A DNA stretch of 64,000 nt from Zootoca vivipara (Eukaryota): the NCBI RefSeq assembly GCF_963506605.1, contig NC_083291.1, forward strand, positions 8,618,001 through 8,682,000. Reading direction: 5' to 3'. The notes under the pieces are model-generated. The model was not told the DNA's origin. It did no database searches and saw nothing but the letters and a program-made list of their open reading frames with translations. The position numbers and the translations under genes were made by a program. Of the stretch, positions 1 through 12,430 are shown one piece after another. The first letter of the stretch is position 1. Each line of letters begins with the position of its first letter.

Positions 1-298
1 CAGAGTTACGTGGTTGAAAGCGTGTAGGGCAAAGTAGTCAGACATTTGAAAAAGGGTGACCTGAGTTCAAATCTCTGCACAAGGACGTCACCACGAGAAC
101 TTGGGCTAGTCACACACTCTTCTTGTGAAAATAAAATGGGCTATGCTACTCTGAACATTTTGGGAGAAAGAATCAGATAGAAGGTTGAGAAATAACCAAA
201 TGGATTGTGTCAATTTTATCCCTAGTTGCTCAACATTTGAGGCCAGGCAGACGAATGTTTCCAGTGCCAAAGTATTGAGCTGGATGTAATGTCGCAAA

Positions 299-731
299 CA
301 GTGCCGGATTTACGTATAAGCTAAACAAGCTATAGCTTAGGGCCCCACTCTCTTGGGGGCCCCAAAAAAATTGAAAGGAAAAAACCTGGATGTACATTTT
401 CAAAATATAAGATAAGAAACAAATAAAATAAAACCTACAGTGTTTTTTGTTGTGTAGGCTCCTATGATGTAAGAAATGGGCCCCGCCTGCTAGCCTGCTC
501 CCTAAAATATCACTGGTTTGATCATTTCTATATATAAGGTGCCTCCATTCTGCATGGACTGATTGCATGGCAACATGTGCTAATGGCCATAGGTCCATAA
601 ATTACCATATAGCATATATTCAACACACAAAAAACAGCGACAATTTGTTGTTGACAAAGGACAGCTGGACATATAAAGGGCCCCATTACCTTCAGTAGCT
701 TAGGGCCTCATCAAACCTCAATCCGACCCTG
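299..731 (+). mobile_element. Non-autonomous hAT-like element, family A copy 1
   Basis: Termini CAGTGCCGGATTT...AAATCCGACCCTG; 8-bp TSD gtcgcaaa/gttgcaaa; related copies at 37919 and 52034. Confidence 0.8.
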
Positions 732-1274
732 GTTGCAAATCATGAAAACTCTCTCTGATCTGTGATGGCTGTTTCTCATCACTACTTTCTCTACCACTAC
801 TTTCAATCAATGGGGCAAGCTGAGAGTGCCTGTTAACAAATTTAATTCTTTTATAGTTTCCCCCAATATGCAAAGAAAATGAAGAGTTGTTCTTGACTAA
901 GAACTTACTGGCACAATTCACATTTCAAACTTAGTCTAGGCCATGCTTTAATGCAGCCTCAACGTGCATCGAAGCATTTAAAAGGTGTGTCATCACAGAT
1001 CAACCCAAAATGGTTTCATTGTAAAAAAAAAAATATTTTGCAAATTAGCAGCTTGGGCAGTGCACGGATGAAATAAAAATGTAGCCCTGTACTCCTGTCA
1101 TGACCCCCTGAATGTTCACCAGGCTGCATTTTTATTTTAACATACATATTTTCTCCTCTACAACTGGAGTAAAGTAAAATAATATGACATTTCTTTTCTA
1201 GCTCAGGTTTGGGTCTCTGGAAAGACCAAAACATTGCACTGCACTTAACAGGAGCTCTGAGTAAATTAAAGCTC

Positions 1275-1664
1275 CAGGGGTCAGCAAACTTTTTCATCAG
1301 GGGGCTGGTCTACTGCCCCTCAGACCTTGTGGGGGGCCGGCTATATTTTTTTTGGGGGGAGAACAAATTCCTATGCCCCACAAATAACCCAGAGATGCAT
1401 TTTAAATAAAAGGACACATTCTACTCATGTAAAAACACCAGGCAGGCCCCACAAACAACCCAGAGATGCATCTTAAATAAAAGGACACATTCTACTCATG
1501 TAAAAACACCAGGCAGGCCCCACAAACAACCCAGAGATGCATTTTAAATAAAAAGGACACATTCTACTCATGTAAAAACATGCTGATTCCTGGACCATCT
1601 GGGGGCCGGATTTAGAAGGCAATTGGGCCACATCTGGCCCCCAGGCCTTAGTTTGGGGGCCCTG
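1275..1664. mobile_element. hAT-like MITE with ~3 internal 71-bp tandem repeats (1375-1578)
   Basis: CAGGGGT...CCCTG ends; unit GCCCCACAAA..CCCAGAGATGCAT..CATGTAAAAACA starts at 1375, 1446 and 1517. Confidence 0.7.
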
Positions 1665-2504
1665 CTCTACATTTTCTCTTTCTCATACCATTGACTGAAC
1701 TTTGTTTCTTGCACAGAAAGTTGCTTGGGTTCACACACACTGAATCCGGTAGCCCTTTCAAACTTGGCTTTACTGCTTACTCAGATCTCTTTCCAGAAAA
1801 AAATAAAATAAAATTGATTGCTTTAGCATGGGATGCACTTTGTATGGCCTATATCTCTATTCCACAGAAGCAAAAACAATGAAGAAAAGCAGAACAGGCT
1901 CAACAATGGCCATGAGTCCCCCTAATAAGGAAACAATCCACTTCTCTCAGGGTACTGAGAGCGCAAAGCCCACACACTTTGTCAAGAAAAGAGGTTCTTT
2001 TTTTTCTTTCGTTTTGGATACCCAAATCTCAAATTAATATACATGCGAAGTGGCATTTGGGCTGGGAAGCTTGATATGAGGGAACATAACTGACACAGCT
2101 AAAATGCAGTCAATATCATGTAAATTACCTTACAGGTGGAACAAATGTAAGCAGATTATTTCATGCAAATTTTTTTCCAAGGCAATCATTTAAATTTTCT
2201 AATATATTTGTGAAAAAAAGCCGTCTGCTATCAAAGCCTCCGAAATGCAGCTGCAAAAAATTAGGCAGAGATGTAGGCTCAATAGTGGGGTTGTGTTTTC
2301 CTCCAGAAAGCGTTCACTTAGCTCTGCATAGCACACTGGAGAATTGATTAGACATTTATAAACACAGCCATTGCTCCGTCCCACAACTGCTTGTTTTAGG
2401 TATCAGATGCTGCTTATCTAAGAAAAGATTAAGTGCCATACAATTTAGCATGTCATATATGAGGAAGGAGCTATGAGCTCCTGTGCAAGTAGCCAAACTA
2501 CAGT

Positions 2505-3062
2505 AGTTGAAACTTTCCCCATGCTACAGTCATGGGGTTGTTTTTATCACATGACGATGTATGTTTTCATTCCACATTGTGGAAAGTGACAGAGACAGGA
2601 TGTTTGTATGACTGTGTTTCCATGACGTAGGATGTTTCTCCTTCTGTTCTTCCTCTTTGCTGTCTGATGCTGAAGAGGAAGGAACTGAGTTACGATGCTC
2701 TGAGTGTTTATGTGAAAATACATGTTGTTTAGCCAAATGCTGTGCTACTGAGTCTGTACATTGACTGCATATACTCTGATGATCCTGAGGTGTGCTGATG
2801 CCTCTAAGGCAGGCACCCCCAAACTTCAGCCCTCCAGATGTTTTGGACTACAATTCCCATCATCCCTGACCACTGGTCCTCTTAGCTAGGGATCATGGGA
2901 GTTGTAGGCCAAAACATCTAGAGGACCGCAGTTTGGGGATGCCTGCGCTAAAGTATCAGTCACTGTGATGTTTCACTGGAGAAAGAGCTTGAATCTCCCG
3001 AATGACTGACCAGGAGTTAGAGAACATGCCAGACTCCTACTCGTGTGTAGGACCTCCTGTTA
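2505..3062 (+). mobile_element. Degenerate solo LTR (family of 48905 and 61538), interrupted by a MITE; ends approximate
   Basis: Shared blocks CAGTCATGGG.TTGT..TATCACATGAC and CCTACTC.TGTGTAGGA. Confidence 0.6.
2810..2945. mobile_element. 136-bp palindromic hAT (Charlie-like) MITE
   Basis: CAGGCA.CCCCAAACT...AGTTTGGGGATGCCTG; copies at 20253 and 44938. Confidence 0.85.
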
Positions 3063-3482
3063 GAAACATCTCCTTATGCCTAAAAGCAACATTTTTTTAG
3101 CCGAGGGAGCAGTTAATAGTGGGGTGGCCTTTGAAGGAATCCGTCCATGGATCAATTTCTAATGCGCCAAATGGTCGTGTTTTCTGATCATTAGGACTGC
3201 CTCATCTAGACAATTTGGATTGTAAGTCGTGCTTGGCATCGAAATAAAAGCAATTAAGACCTCTGTAAACTCAGCTGTGATTGAAGGTCACCATTTAAAA
3301 ATAGTTACCAACACTACCAAACCACAAGAATCAGATACTCCATGTGCACTAAATCCATTCAAGTCCTTTTTTGTTTCACTATGACTTCAACACACTTAAA
3401 CACAGTGTTAACTTCTACCTGCATGTTGGCCTGGTTCGCACACAACACTAACCCAAGAACAAGCAATGAAAAGAAAAACCAT

Positions 3483-4065
3483 GGCTGGGAGTGGCTGCCA
3501 AGACCACATAACACCGGTCCTGAAAGACCTACATTGGCTCCCAGTGCGTTTCCGAGAACAATTCAAAGTGTTGGTGCTGACCTTGAAAGCCCTAAACAGC
3601 CTCGGCCCAGTATACCTGAAGGAGCATCTCCACCCCCATCGCTCAGCCTGGAGACTGAGGTCCAGCTCCAAGGACCTTCTGGTGGGTCCCTCACTGCGAG
3701 AAGCGAGGTTACAGGGAACCAGGCAGAGGGCCGTCTCGGTAGTGGCGCCCGCCCTGTGGAATGCCCATCCGATATCAAGGAAATAAACAACTATCCGACT
3801 TTTAGAAGACATCTTAAGGCAGCCATCATTAGGGGAGTTTTTAATGTTTGATGTTTTATCGTGTTTTTAATATTCTGTTGGGAGTCACCCAGAGTGGCTG
3901 GGTATAAAGAATAAAATTATTATTTTGTTATTGTTATTATTACTTCATTTAGAAGACGTCTGAAGGAAGCCCTGTATAGGGAAGTTTTTAAGGTTTACCA
4001 TGTTTTGGTATATGCTAAAAACCACCCAGAGTGGCTGGGGCAACCTAGTCAGATGGGTGGGGTAC

Positions 4066-4113
<48 letters not shown>
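3483..4113 (+). mobile_element. L2 LINE 3' fragment plus a second 3' tail ending in (TAA)n
   Basis: ORF 3466-3786 HITPVLKDLHWLPV..FKVLVLT; tail CCCAGAGTGGCTGGG and TAA repeats. Confidence 0.8.
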
Positions 4114-4118
<5 letters not shown>

Positions 4119-5103
4119 TTCACCCCTAGTCCTCCTGCTTCTGAACTACATGGACATGGGCTCATGGGTTGTCTTGCCAAAGTTTTTTTCTTGGTTTGGC
4201 TTTTTTGGGGCTTATCTGCAGGTACTGTGGCAGCAGGAAGACCTGGGGAGGAGTGAAGCAGATGTGATTTTCATTCTGAGAACCCACATGCTTGCTTATG
4301 TGTGAACAAGGCCTCGCTAATGAACCAGAGTAAGCCACCCGTGAGCAAGCTAAGCTAGCTGTGAACAAGGTCTCTCTGAAGAGCTGCCCAGTAGATCTAC
4401 CTAGAGTTGCCCAACTGATTTTTATATCCAGTCTTCCAAGGCTGTATATAGTGGCTCTACATCCAGCTCTCTTCCCTGAGATCCCTTAACTAGTAATACA
4501 GTATTGGGAATATGATCTCAAATCTCATGCTTAAAACAATGTGCTCTGCCGCAGATCTATGAACGCACCACAAAAGATGATCTCTGGATTTCCTTTACTG
4601 GAACTAAGGGTATAAAAAGCAATTTATTTCCAAGTCAACCATGATCCAGATTATCCAGCATGGTCAAAGCCAGCCTTTCAAGGTAGTATTTCCAGATCCC
4701 CAACCTGAAATGTAAGGGATCAGTCCAATGACCTTTCATGAATGTGTGCAAACTTTACAAAAGCAAGAGATACGTCTCGCTACCCCCGCAACAGTTTATA
4801 GCAAACCACGTCCCATAATATAACACGAATAGTTGCAATTCAGATGGTATCTATTAGTAACTTGCAAAAGGCGTTTGCTCAATTTATATTGTTATGCAAT
4901 GCTTTTAGAAAGACCCAGCGTCTCTGAGGTAAATCAGAAAGCAAAACACTGTTCTTTCTGGTTCACACATTATCACTGCAGGGGAAGAAAATCTTCCGCG
5001 AGGTGCCTGCTTTTTCTCACACATGCACACACACACACACACACACACACCCCTGACACCCACACCACAAATTTGCACCTTAGCTGTTTTTGTTATTGCT
5101 GGG

Positions 5104-5597
5104 TGTCGGAGGGTCGTCGTGGCTACTCTAGAGTAACTTTGCTTGAGTCCAGTTGGTCTTTAAAGACTTTTATTGTGCAAAGTATTTATAGTGCAGAGAC
5201 TGCTTAAAACATGACCTCTCAGTCCAAATCAGAATCCGACAATGGCGTATATCTGTTCCTACGCCAGCAAAGTAGTCAGGGCACCCAAAACGCCTCCCCC
5301 TTGACCTGCATTGCGGTGCTCTCCTTAACTCTTGCACCGGAAGGAGTGGTGTCCTCTCAACCTCTTCCTGCTCAAGGCAGTGGAAGGGCTCTCCAGCATC
5401 CTTGAGCCCTTGCCTACATCTCTCCTCCCCTGAGCTTTCCCATCGTTCCACATGCTGGCTTCTCTCTCCCTCCGAGTCTCTCCCCTCCCCCCTGGCTGCT
5501 ACAGACCCACTGCTGCTCCCTGTGCTTGGCGAGGTGGACGTCAGGATGATGGGGGCTGGCTCCCTGCAGGGAGTCCCTGTAGGGAGTCACCCTTACA
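5104..5597 (-). mobile_element. Solo LTR (494 bp)
   Basis: TG...CA termini, perfect 5-bp TSD CTGGG (5099-5103, 5598-5602), AATAAA on the minus strand near 5170. Confidence 0.7.
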
Positions 5598-5793
5598 CTG
5601 GGTAAAAGAACTACATCAATGTATGTTAATGGCATATTAAGTAATGAACTATTTCACTCCAAAATGAATAGTCAGAAAATATCAGTATGAGGATTTCAAA
5701 GCTCTGAGTTTTAGCCGAGTTTGATACTGTGGAAGATGAACTGCTTTTAATGTACAACGTCTGAAGGTTTGCGGGATTCCATTTTCACCTTAC

Positions 5794-5917
5794 CTTCTAT
5801 TGCTGATTGGAGAACTCGAGAATGGTCATAAGCGATGACATTTGCGTATCTATTCTTTGGTTTATTTACTTCCAGGTTAGAGTGTTCCCATGTGAATTGC
5901 TGCCCTGGGTCAATTGA
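5794..5917 (-). CDS. PTPRD: PTPRD phosphatase D1 exon (124 nt): [41 protein letters not shown]
   Basis: Within ORF 5747-6076; KNRY pTyr-loop motif; acceptor ctctcaag|TCA, donor GAAG|gtaagg. Confidence 0.97.
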
Positions 5918-6833
5918 CTTGAGAGAGAGAAAGAAAGAGAGAAAGAAGGGATATTTGTTATTATTAGCTGAAGAACTATTTTTATTTTGGAAATACTCAC
6001 CTTTTATAAAAGGTTCACATGTACTGCATAGCTTAAAGCACTTAACTGTGGGTCTTATTCCACTGCAATTTGTCATATTGGTACTTAGGGCTCATCTTAA
6101 TGTCTGCTTGTCCTGCTGCTTTACCCTGGAGAAATCAGAATGCCACCTGGGGTTGGGGCAGATTTCTCTGAATCAATGTTAAAGAGCAGGTTTTTCTGGG
6201 GGAAAGCGCAAGTGTGGGTAAGCCCTTATTGACAATCACATTTGACCGCTGGCCTTGCAAGATACTCTGTTATTACACAAAACAAGAGAAAAACCTATTC
6301 TGTTGTTGTTGTTGTTGTTGTGCGAGAGAGAGAAGTGAAGAGGTTATAATAATAAAACGGAGAAAGAATAATGGAAGGCTCAAGTAGATTTAGCTATGGC
6401 AACCATAGAACTGGAGATTTTCTCTACAGAATGCCTGTGCCCCTGTACACTTGCAAGGGAGAAGAGACTTCATTAGTGCCACCAGAAACCCCTTGTTCTG
6501 AGGATAGGCTCTCAAGTATCTAACCAAAGGTCATCAATTAAAATTCCTGATGCTGCCAAGGTAAAGACGTTTCTGCAGGAATCTCATCCAAACAGCTGGT
6601 TGGGCTTGTACACATGGTGCAGTTTAAGCATATGTAGACAGCAGCTCATCCATACCAACAACTGAGCTGTAGAACACACTTCCTTGAGGAGGCTGAGCAT
6701 TCCTTCATTAGTGATCTAATTGGGGTGGACTGCAGTAATGTGGTACCCTGAGCAAGGACAAAATTTGATGCCCCTCTCAAAAAAAAATTCATTATCACAA
6801 TAACTCATTTTTGGTACAAGATTCAGGTAGGTA

Positions 6834-7073
6834 CCCTGTTTCTCCGAAAATAAGACGTAGCCATAAAATAAGCCATAGCAGGATTTTTAGGCCTTCAAGG
6901 AATATAAGCCATACCACGAAAATAAGGCATAGTGATAGGCACAGCAGCAATGCCGGCCACGGCAGGAGGAGGAGGGAAAAAAAATAAGACACCGCCTGAA
7001 AATAAGCCATAGTGTGGTTTTTTTTGGAGGAAAAATAAATATAGGACGGTGTCTTATAATATGAGAAACACGG
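6834..7073. mobile_element. Tc1/mariner-superfamily MITE
   Basis: TA flanks; imperfect TIR CCCTGTTTCTC/GAGAAACACGG; internal AAAATAAG repeats. Confidence 0.7.
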
Positions 7074-7899
7074 TATGTGTGGCCAGTGTTATGAAGCAAA
7101 AGCTTAAAATCTTATTTTTAACTAGAAATAAGAGGGAGAAAGTACAGAAAATGGCAGCCCTTCATATTATCTGAAGCTTCAGTGATTTACCAAAATCAAC
7201 CACAAAGTTCTGATTCTCATACTGAGCGAAGAGCGTCATTTTCAGCTGCTTGTAGTTTTTATGCACTGCTTCCACACCCGAGGACCTACTTCCTTCCAAC
7301 CTGGCAGTACAGCAGTTGCTCCGTTTATTCTTTCCTGCATCTCCATGTTCTCCAGAAACAAATGAAGCATTCAGTTTTCTAGAGCTGGTTTTCCAGCCCA
7401 CACTTTTTAATTAGCATAGCCACAGTTAGACAAACACAAGCATCTCAAGTCAGAAATCTTTCATAAAACGCCCTTCCTACACACGGGCGTTCTGTCTTTT
7501 TGTTTTTTACAAGATACTGCAGGCTAGGTCCCTTCTGCCCCATATTATGCTGGAGCTAGGCTGCATTTAACATCTAGCAGATATTCACTGCAGATTAAAG
7601 GTAAGGTACAGCTGTACCTTAATAACAGCAGTTGCCTCTTGGCACACCACCAAAAAGATAAGCTGTAATTGAAGCAATTCAAAGCTCCCTGGGGCTCCAT
7701 TGTGCACACAGAGGATTCTCTCAGGGGGCTTCCTCATTCTTATTAAAGCCAGAAAAAGCTCCACATGTGTGGGCAAAAAGGTGTCCCTAGTGATGCAAAG
7801 AACAGAAGGGCACCTGTTCATGTGTCGCTCCCAAAGGTGTGTATCAGAGCGGCTGCAAGCACACTAGAGTTATGATGCTGCAATTAATCTTACCTGTTA

Positions 7900-8672
7900 T
7901 CTATATATAAAGGTAAAGGGGCTCCTGAACATCAGGTCCAGTCGTGTCCGACTCTGGGGTTGCGGCGCTCATCTCGCTCTATAGGCTGAGGGAGCCGGCG
8001 CTTGTCCGAACCAGAGCAGCGCACAGAAACGCCGTTTACCTTCCCGCCGGAGCAGTCCCTATTTATCTACTTGCACTTTGATGTGCTTTCGAACTGCTAG
8101 GTGGGCAGGAGCTGGGACTGAGCAACGGGAGCTCACCCCGTTGCAGGGATTCGAACCGCCGACCTTCTGATCAGCAAGCCCTAGTCTCTGTGGTTTAACC
8201 CACAGTGCCACCTGGGTCGCCTATCTATCTATATAAAAATGTAAACCAACCATGTTTGTTTGTCTCCACTTTTCACCAAAACCGCTTGACCGATTGCGTT
8301 CAAATTTGGACACAACGTCACATGCGAATAAGCAATTCTACACATACTGTTTACGTAGACAGACATCACAACAGCGCCAGGTTAAACCCCCAAACACTGT
8401 GTTCCGTAGCACACCACTCAACCAAAAGTGCATGCTGGGAAATAGAACCCAGAAGCTGCGTCTCCAAGGGGGGGACATAATGCATGCTGTGAAATAGAAG
8501 GCCGAACCTACATCTCAGGAACCAATATGCTGTAACTGCCAGAACGGCCATTCCTCCACAAAGGGCCACGCTGGGATCCTGCCCCTAGCCACCCATGTCC
8601 CAAAACACCTCAGCTCAGGTTTGCAGGGAACGGAGCTGGGGTCCCACAGTAATGCGTGGCAGGGCCAGCTAG
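7900..8672 (+). mobile_element. Non-autonomous Helitron with the Sauria SINE inserted at its 5' end
   Basis: A|TCTATATATAA start; CCAC..GTGG subterminal hairpin (8644-8659); CTAG|T end; no TSD. Confidence 0.65.
7909..8219 (-). mobile_element. Sauria SINE, near full length
   Basis: tRNA-like head with B-box GGTTCGAATCC on the minus strand; (ACCTTT) BovB-type tail. Confidence 0.88.
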
Positions 8673-8759
8673 TAACACATAAAATTCATTAGTAGTTTGA
8701 ATGCAAGGGGGTGCATGGGAATGGAGGATCACCAAGTTGGCTGTGTACATTGGCCATGA

Positions 8760-9450
8760 TCAAATGAGACAGCTCAGCCTGAGTACAGAAAGCAGGGCTT
8801 CCAAACAGAAGCTTTTTTTTAACAGGAATTACAGGTACCAACATACCAAAGGAGCAGAAAAGACTCATTATGTCTGGAACAATGGCCGCCCGGATGTTAT
8901 TAGCCCCAAAGAAGACAAAGTCCCTACCAGAGAAGAATGGCAAACCAAGCTGATGGACCATGCCGAGATGGCGAAGCTGACTGGAAAACGCAGGAACCAA
9001 GAGGATAAAAACTTTATAAAAGAATGGGGAAAATTTTAAAGTTACTTAGGGGACCACTGTAAGCAGATGGAAACAAGAGCAGGATTTTGACCCACTTGTA
9101 GTGTAAAAAATATTATGGACAATCTGAAGAAGTGTGCATGCACACGAAAGCTCATACCAACGACAAACTTAGTTGGTCTCTAAGCTGCTACTCCAAGAAG
9201 AAAAAAATATTTTGTTTCGACTGCGCCAGACCAACACGGCTACCTACCTGTAACTATGGACAATATGGTTTGATATAAAAATTGGAGTACGGATGAATAT
9301 TCAGTTGCAAATGTTTAAAATGAGCGCCCATGGAAGGGATGGGGGGAAGTCGCGAGATTCAGAGAATCTCTTTATATAGATATGTTTTTACTAGTTTGTG
9401 TTCATTTATACCTTGTATTTGTAAAACCAATAAAAATGATTTCGTAAAGA
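8760..9450 (+). mobile_element. L1-like LINE 3' end (ORF2 C-terminus and 3'UTR)
   Basis: PTREEWQTKLMDHAEMAKLT..FIKEW peptide; AATAAA and A-rich end; interrupted by a PLE unit. Confidence 0.6.
9124..9254 (+). mobile_element. Penelope-like (Neptune-type) terminal repeat unit with a minimal hammerhead core
   Basis: CTGAAGA-A-GTGTGCATGCACAC-GAAAGCTC-ATACC ... TTAGTTGGTCTCTAAG; 10-bp TSD TATGGACAAT. Confidence 0.78.
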
Positions 9451-9490
9451 AAGCAGGCCTTCCTTCCTTCCCTTTTTTACTGTCATGCAA

Positions 9491-9900
9491 TTAATCCATG
9501 TTTCCATCATTACAAAAAAATAGATTCCTTTCCAGCCTTGCATTTCCACACTTTGCATTCCAATAATTGACGAAATATATCAATCTTTCCACAATCTGCC
9601 TTTTCTCCTGTTTGTTCAATTTATTCATTTCTGCCAGTTCAAAGCTTGCTGGCATATCCATCGTGTTGCCCTTACTATTTTTTTCAGCTATCATCAAGAA
9701 CCAAATTAAAGATTTCAGATCTGTGGGCATATCCTCCTGATCAAATTTTTAAACTGTCCACGTTGGAAGAACTCTTAAATTGTTCCAAGTCATATCCACT
9801 ATATACTGAGTAATATTTGTCTTCAAAATTAGGTAATTCACATCATAAGAGGTAATTCACATCGTATCCCCCCGCAATATGTAGGAGACAATGCTCGAAT
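9491..9900 (-). mobile_element. Degenerate L1-like ORF2 C-terminal fragment
   Basis: ORF 9491-9730 resembles the peptide at 8760-9040 (ELAEMNKL..FVNYW). Confidence 0.45.
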
Positions 9901-10335
9901 CTATATTTAATTATATATTTGAATCCAGTTGCCACTATTTTGTTCTGTGAACCACCCTGGGACCTCCAGGTATAGGGTGGTATATAAAATCAATAAATAA
10001 TAATATTTCTGTGAAATCTGGGGAAACAGTCTAATCTTAGCTTGGTGCTCTCAACCTCACCATACTTCATAAAAGACCTGTCTGGAGGGAGAAATCTAAT
10101 CTATATTTCTCAGCTCTGAATAGCCAGGCTGGAACAGAAAATAGAGTGATATTGGCAGAAACACTGTAGAAGTGTGAAAGACCAATAACTCATGAATAAC
10201 AAGTCTGTGCTAACAGTTTTAATGAGTGCTCTAATGGTTTAATGGATTACACTTAAAGAGGATCCCTAGTAGATTCATTCTGACAGTTTGTCTTGAACAA
10301 AGCTGCCATTAAAAGATGAACTGGATTTCTTCACA

Positions 10336-10985
10336 TCTGGTATGCAGGCTGAGACCCTATCTGCCCATGGACTGTCTTGCCAGAGTGGTGCATGCTCTAG
10401 TTATCTCCCGCTTGGACTACTGCAATGTGCTCTACGTGGGGCTACCTTTGAAGGTGACCCAGAAACTACAACTAATCCAGAATGCGGCAGCTAGACTGGT
10501 GACTGGGAGTGGCCGCCGAGACCACATAACACCGGTCTTGAAAGACCTACCTTGGCTCCCAGTATGTTTTCAAGCACAATTCAAAGTGTTGGTGTTGACC
10601 TTTAAAGCCCTAAATGGTCTCGATCCAGTATACCTGAAGGAGCATCTCCACCTCCATTGTTCAGCCCAGGCACTGAGGTCCAGTACTGAGGGCCTTCTGG
10701 TGGTTCCCTCACTGCGAGAAGCCAAGTTACAGGGAACCAGGCAGAGGGCCTTCTCGGTAGTGGCACCCGCCCTGTGGAAGCCCTCCCACCAGATGTCAAA
10801 GAGAAAAACATCTGCCATACTTTTTAGAAGACACCTGCCATACTTTTTAGAAGACACCTGTTTAGGGAGGCTTTTAATGTTTAAGAGACCATTGTATTTT
10901 AATATTTTGCTGGAAGCTGCCCAGAGTGGCTGGGGAAACTCAGCCAGATGGACGGGGTATAAATAATAAATAATAAATATTATTA
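10336..10985 (+). mobile_element. L2 LINE 3' fragment with an internal ~24-bp tandem duplication
   Basis: ORF 10316-10966 VHALVISRLDYCN..QNAAARL; TAA-rich tail. Confidence 0.88.
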
Positions 10986-11282
10986 TTCACAATAAATGCA
11001 TGTACTGTATAACATGATGGAACGTTTTTTAAAAAAAATGGTATGTGCAATGCAGTTGTAGCATCTGCATGTTCCCCTGACTAAGGTTTTGCATATTTTC
11101 ACCCAAAATGTGAATCTCTGTAGGAAGCAGATTCTGGATTTATGCTGGCTGCCATTTACCCGTGACATTCCATTCACGAGACAAATGGATCAGTAGGCAA
11201 AGGCGCCAATGAATTGTCATGTAGTAGTTCATACTGGAAGACTCTCTTGTCAAACTTATGCATTAAAATAGGGTCCCTTGTT

Positions 11283-11438
11283 CATAGAATCATAGAATTG
11301 TAAGGGTCCAGAGGGTCATCTTGTTCAACCCCCTGAACTAGAGGGTCATCTAGTTCAACCTTTTGCCCAATGTGAGGGTCAAACCCATGACTGTGAGATT
11401 AAGAGGCTCATGCTCTACTGACTGAGTTTATCCCAGCT
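11283..11438 (-). mobile_element. tRNA-derived SINE with CR1-type (ATTCTATG)n tail
   Basis: Minus-strand head CTCAGTCAGTAGAGCATGAG..TCTTAATCTC..GGGTTTGACCC; tail CATAGAAT x2. Confidence 0.65.
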
Positions 11439-12148
11439 GCCTAGAAGCTACTGACCATACTAACCCAGGAAGGTGCCCACAGGCCTTAAAACTGCACATT
11501 CGAGAAGGAAGTCCAGCTAGCTGTGACAAATAAGTCATAGTACATAATATAGGGAAAGAGGAAAAATCAATTAACTATTGTCCACATAGGAAGTAAAATA
11601 AGCACTTTTCCAAAGCAGCAAGACTTAGGATAAAGGAAACTTTAGTTTCCCAAGAAACTAGTGCTGTTAAACTTGTCCTGCAATTCCGGGGGGGGGGGGA
11701 TCACTGATAGTTTCTTTCCCCTTTAATAATTTTCAAAGAATGGTTGGGGAGGAACCAGAAACTCTGCCTAGGTGAAATATGGAACATATAGTGAACAAGG
11801 AAAGGGTTCCATGTATCCCAAGAGTCTAATTGGGTTTTGTTTTTCAAAAGAACAGTACATGAAAAAACCAGTGATGCAAGACTGCTCTACGAGTGTGAAA
11901 AATCCTGTGTAAAGCTGAAATAAACTTGGAGCAGAATTAAGAGAAAGTGCTTCTTCTAGCACAGGAATTTCTACTTGCACCATAGAAATCCCCCTCTTTC
12001 TGCCCCACATTCTCTCCAAATCTGCTCTGAAAGTTGCGGCAACTCCTGGAACAGATGGCGAGCAAGTGGAAATTCTGTTGTGCAACCAAAAGTCCTTCTC
12101 CTAGAGATAGTACTTTGTTGAAGGCTGCCCAAAGACCCAAAGCTAATG

Positions 12149-12430
12149 CAGTGTGGTACCTCTGGATACGTACTTGATCCATTCCAGGGTACTGTTCTCA
12201 CCCCCAAAAGCACATATCTGAAGCGGTGCTTCCACGCATGTGCAAAGCACCAATAGACCGCTTCTGCACATGCGTGAAGCGCGCAGAACGCTTCTGCGCA
12301 TGCACAAAGCATGCAGAATCCTTTTGCGCATGCACACGCAGCGAAACCCAGAAGTAAACACTTCTGGGTCCACCACATTCTTAAGCTGAAAATATACAAC
12401 CCACAGCAAACGTAACCAGAGGTATGACTG
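12149..12430. mobile_element. Tigger/pogo-like MITE with TGCGCATG repeats
   Basis: CAGT..GGTACCTC...GAGGTATGACTG termini; same family as 63671. Confidence 0.75.

Noticed and set aside
1375-1578. Regularly spaced direct repeats resembling a CRISPR array
   Set aside because: Units are contiguous 71-bp tandem copies with no unique spacers, inside a MITE in a vertebrate intron.
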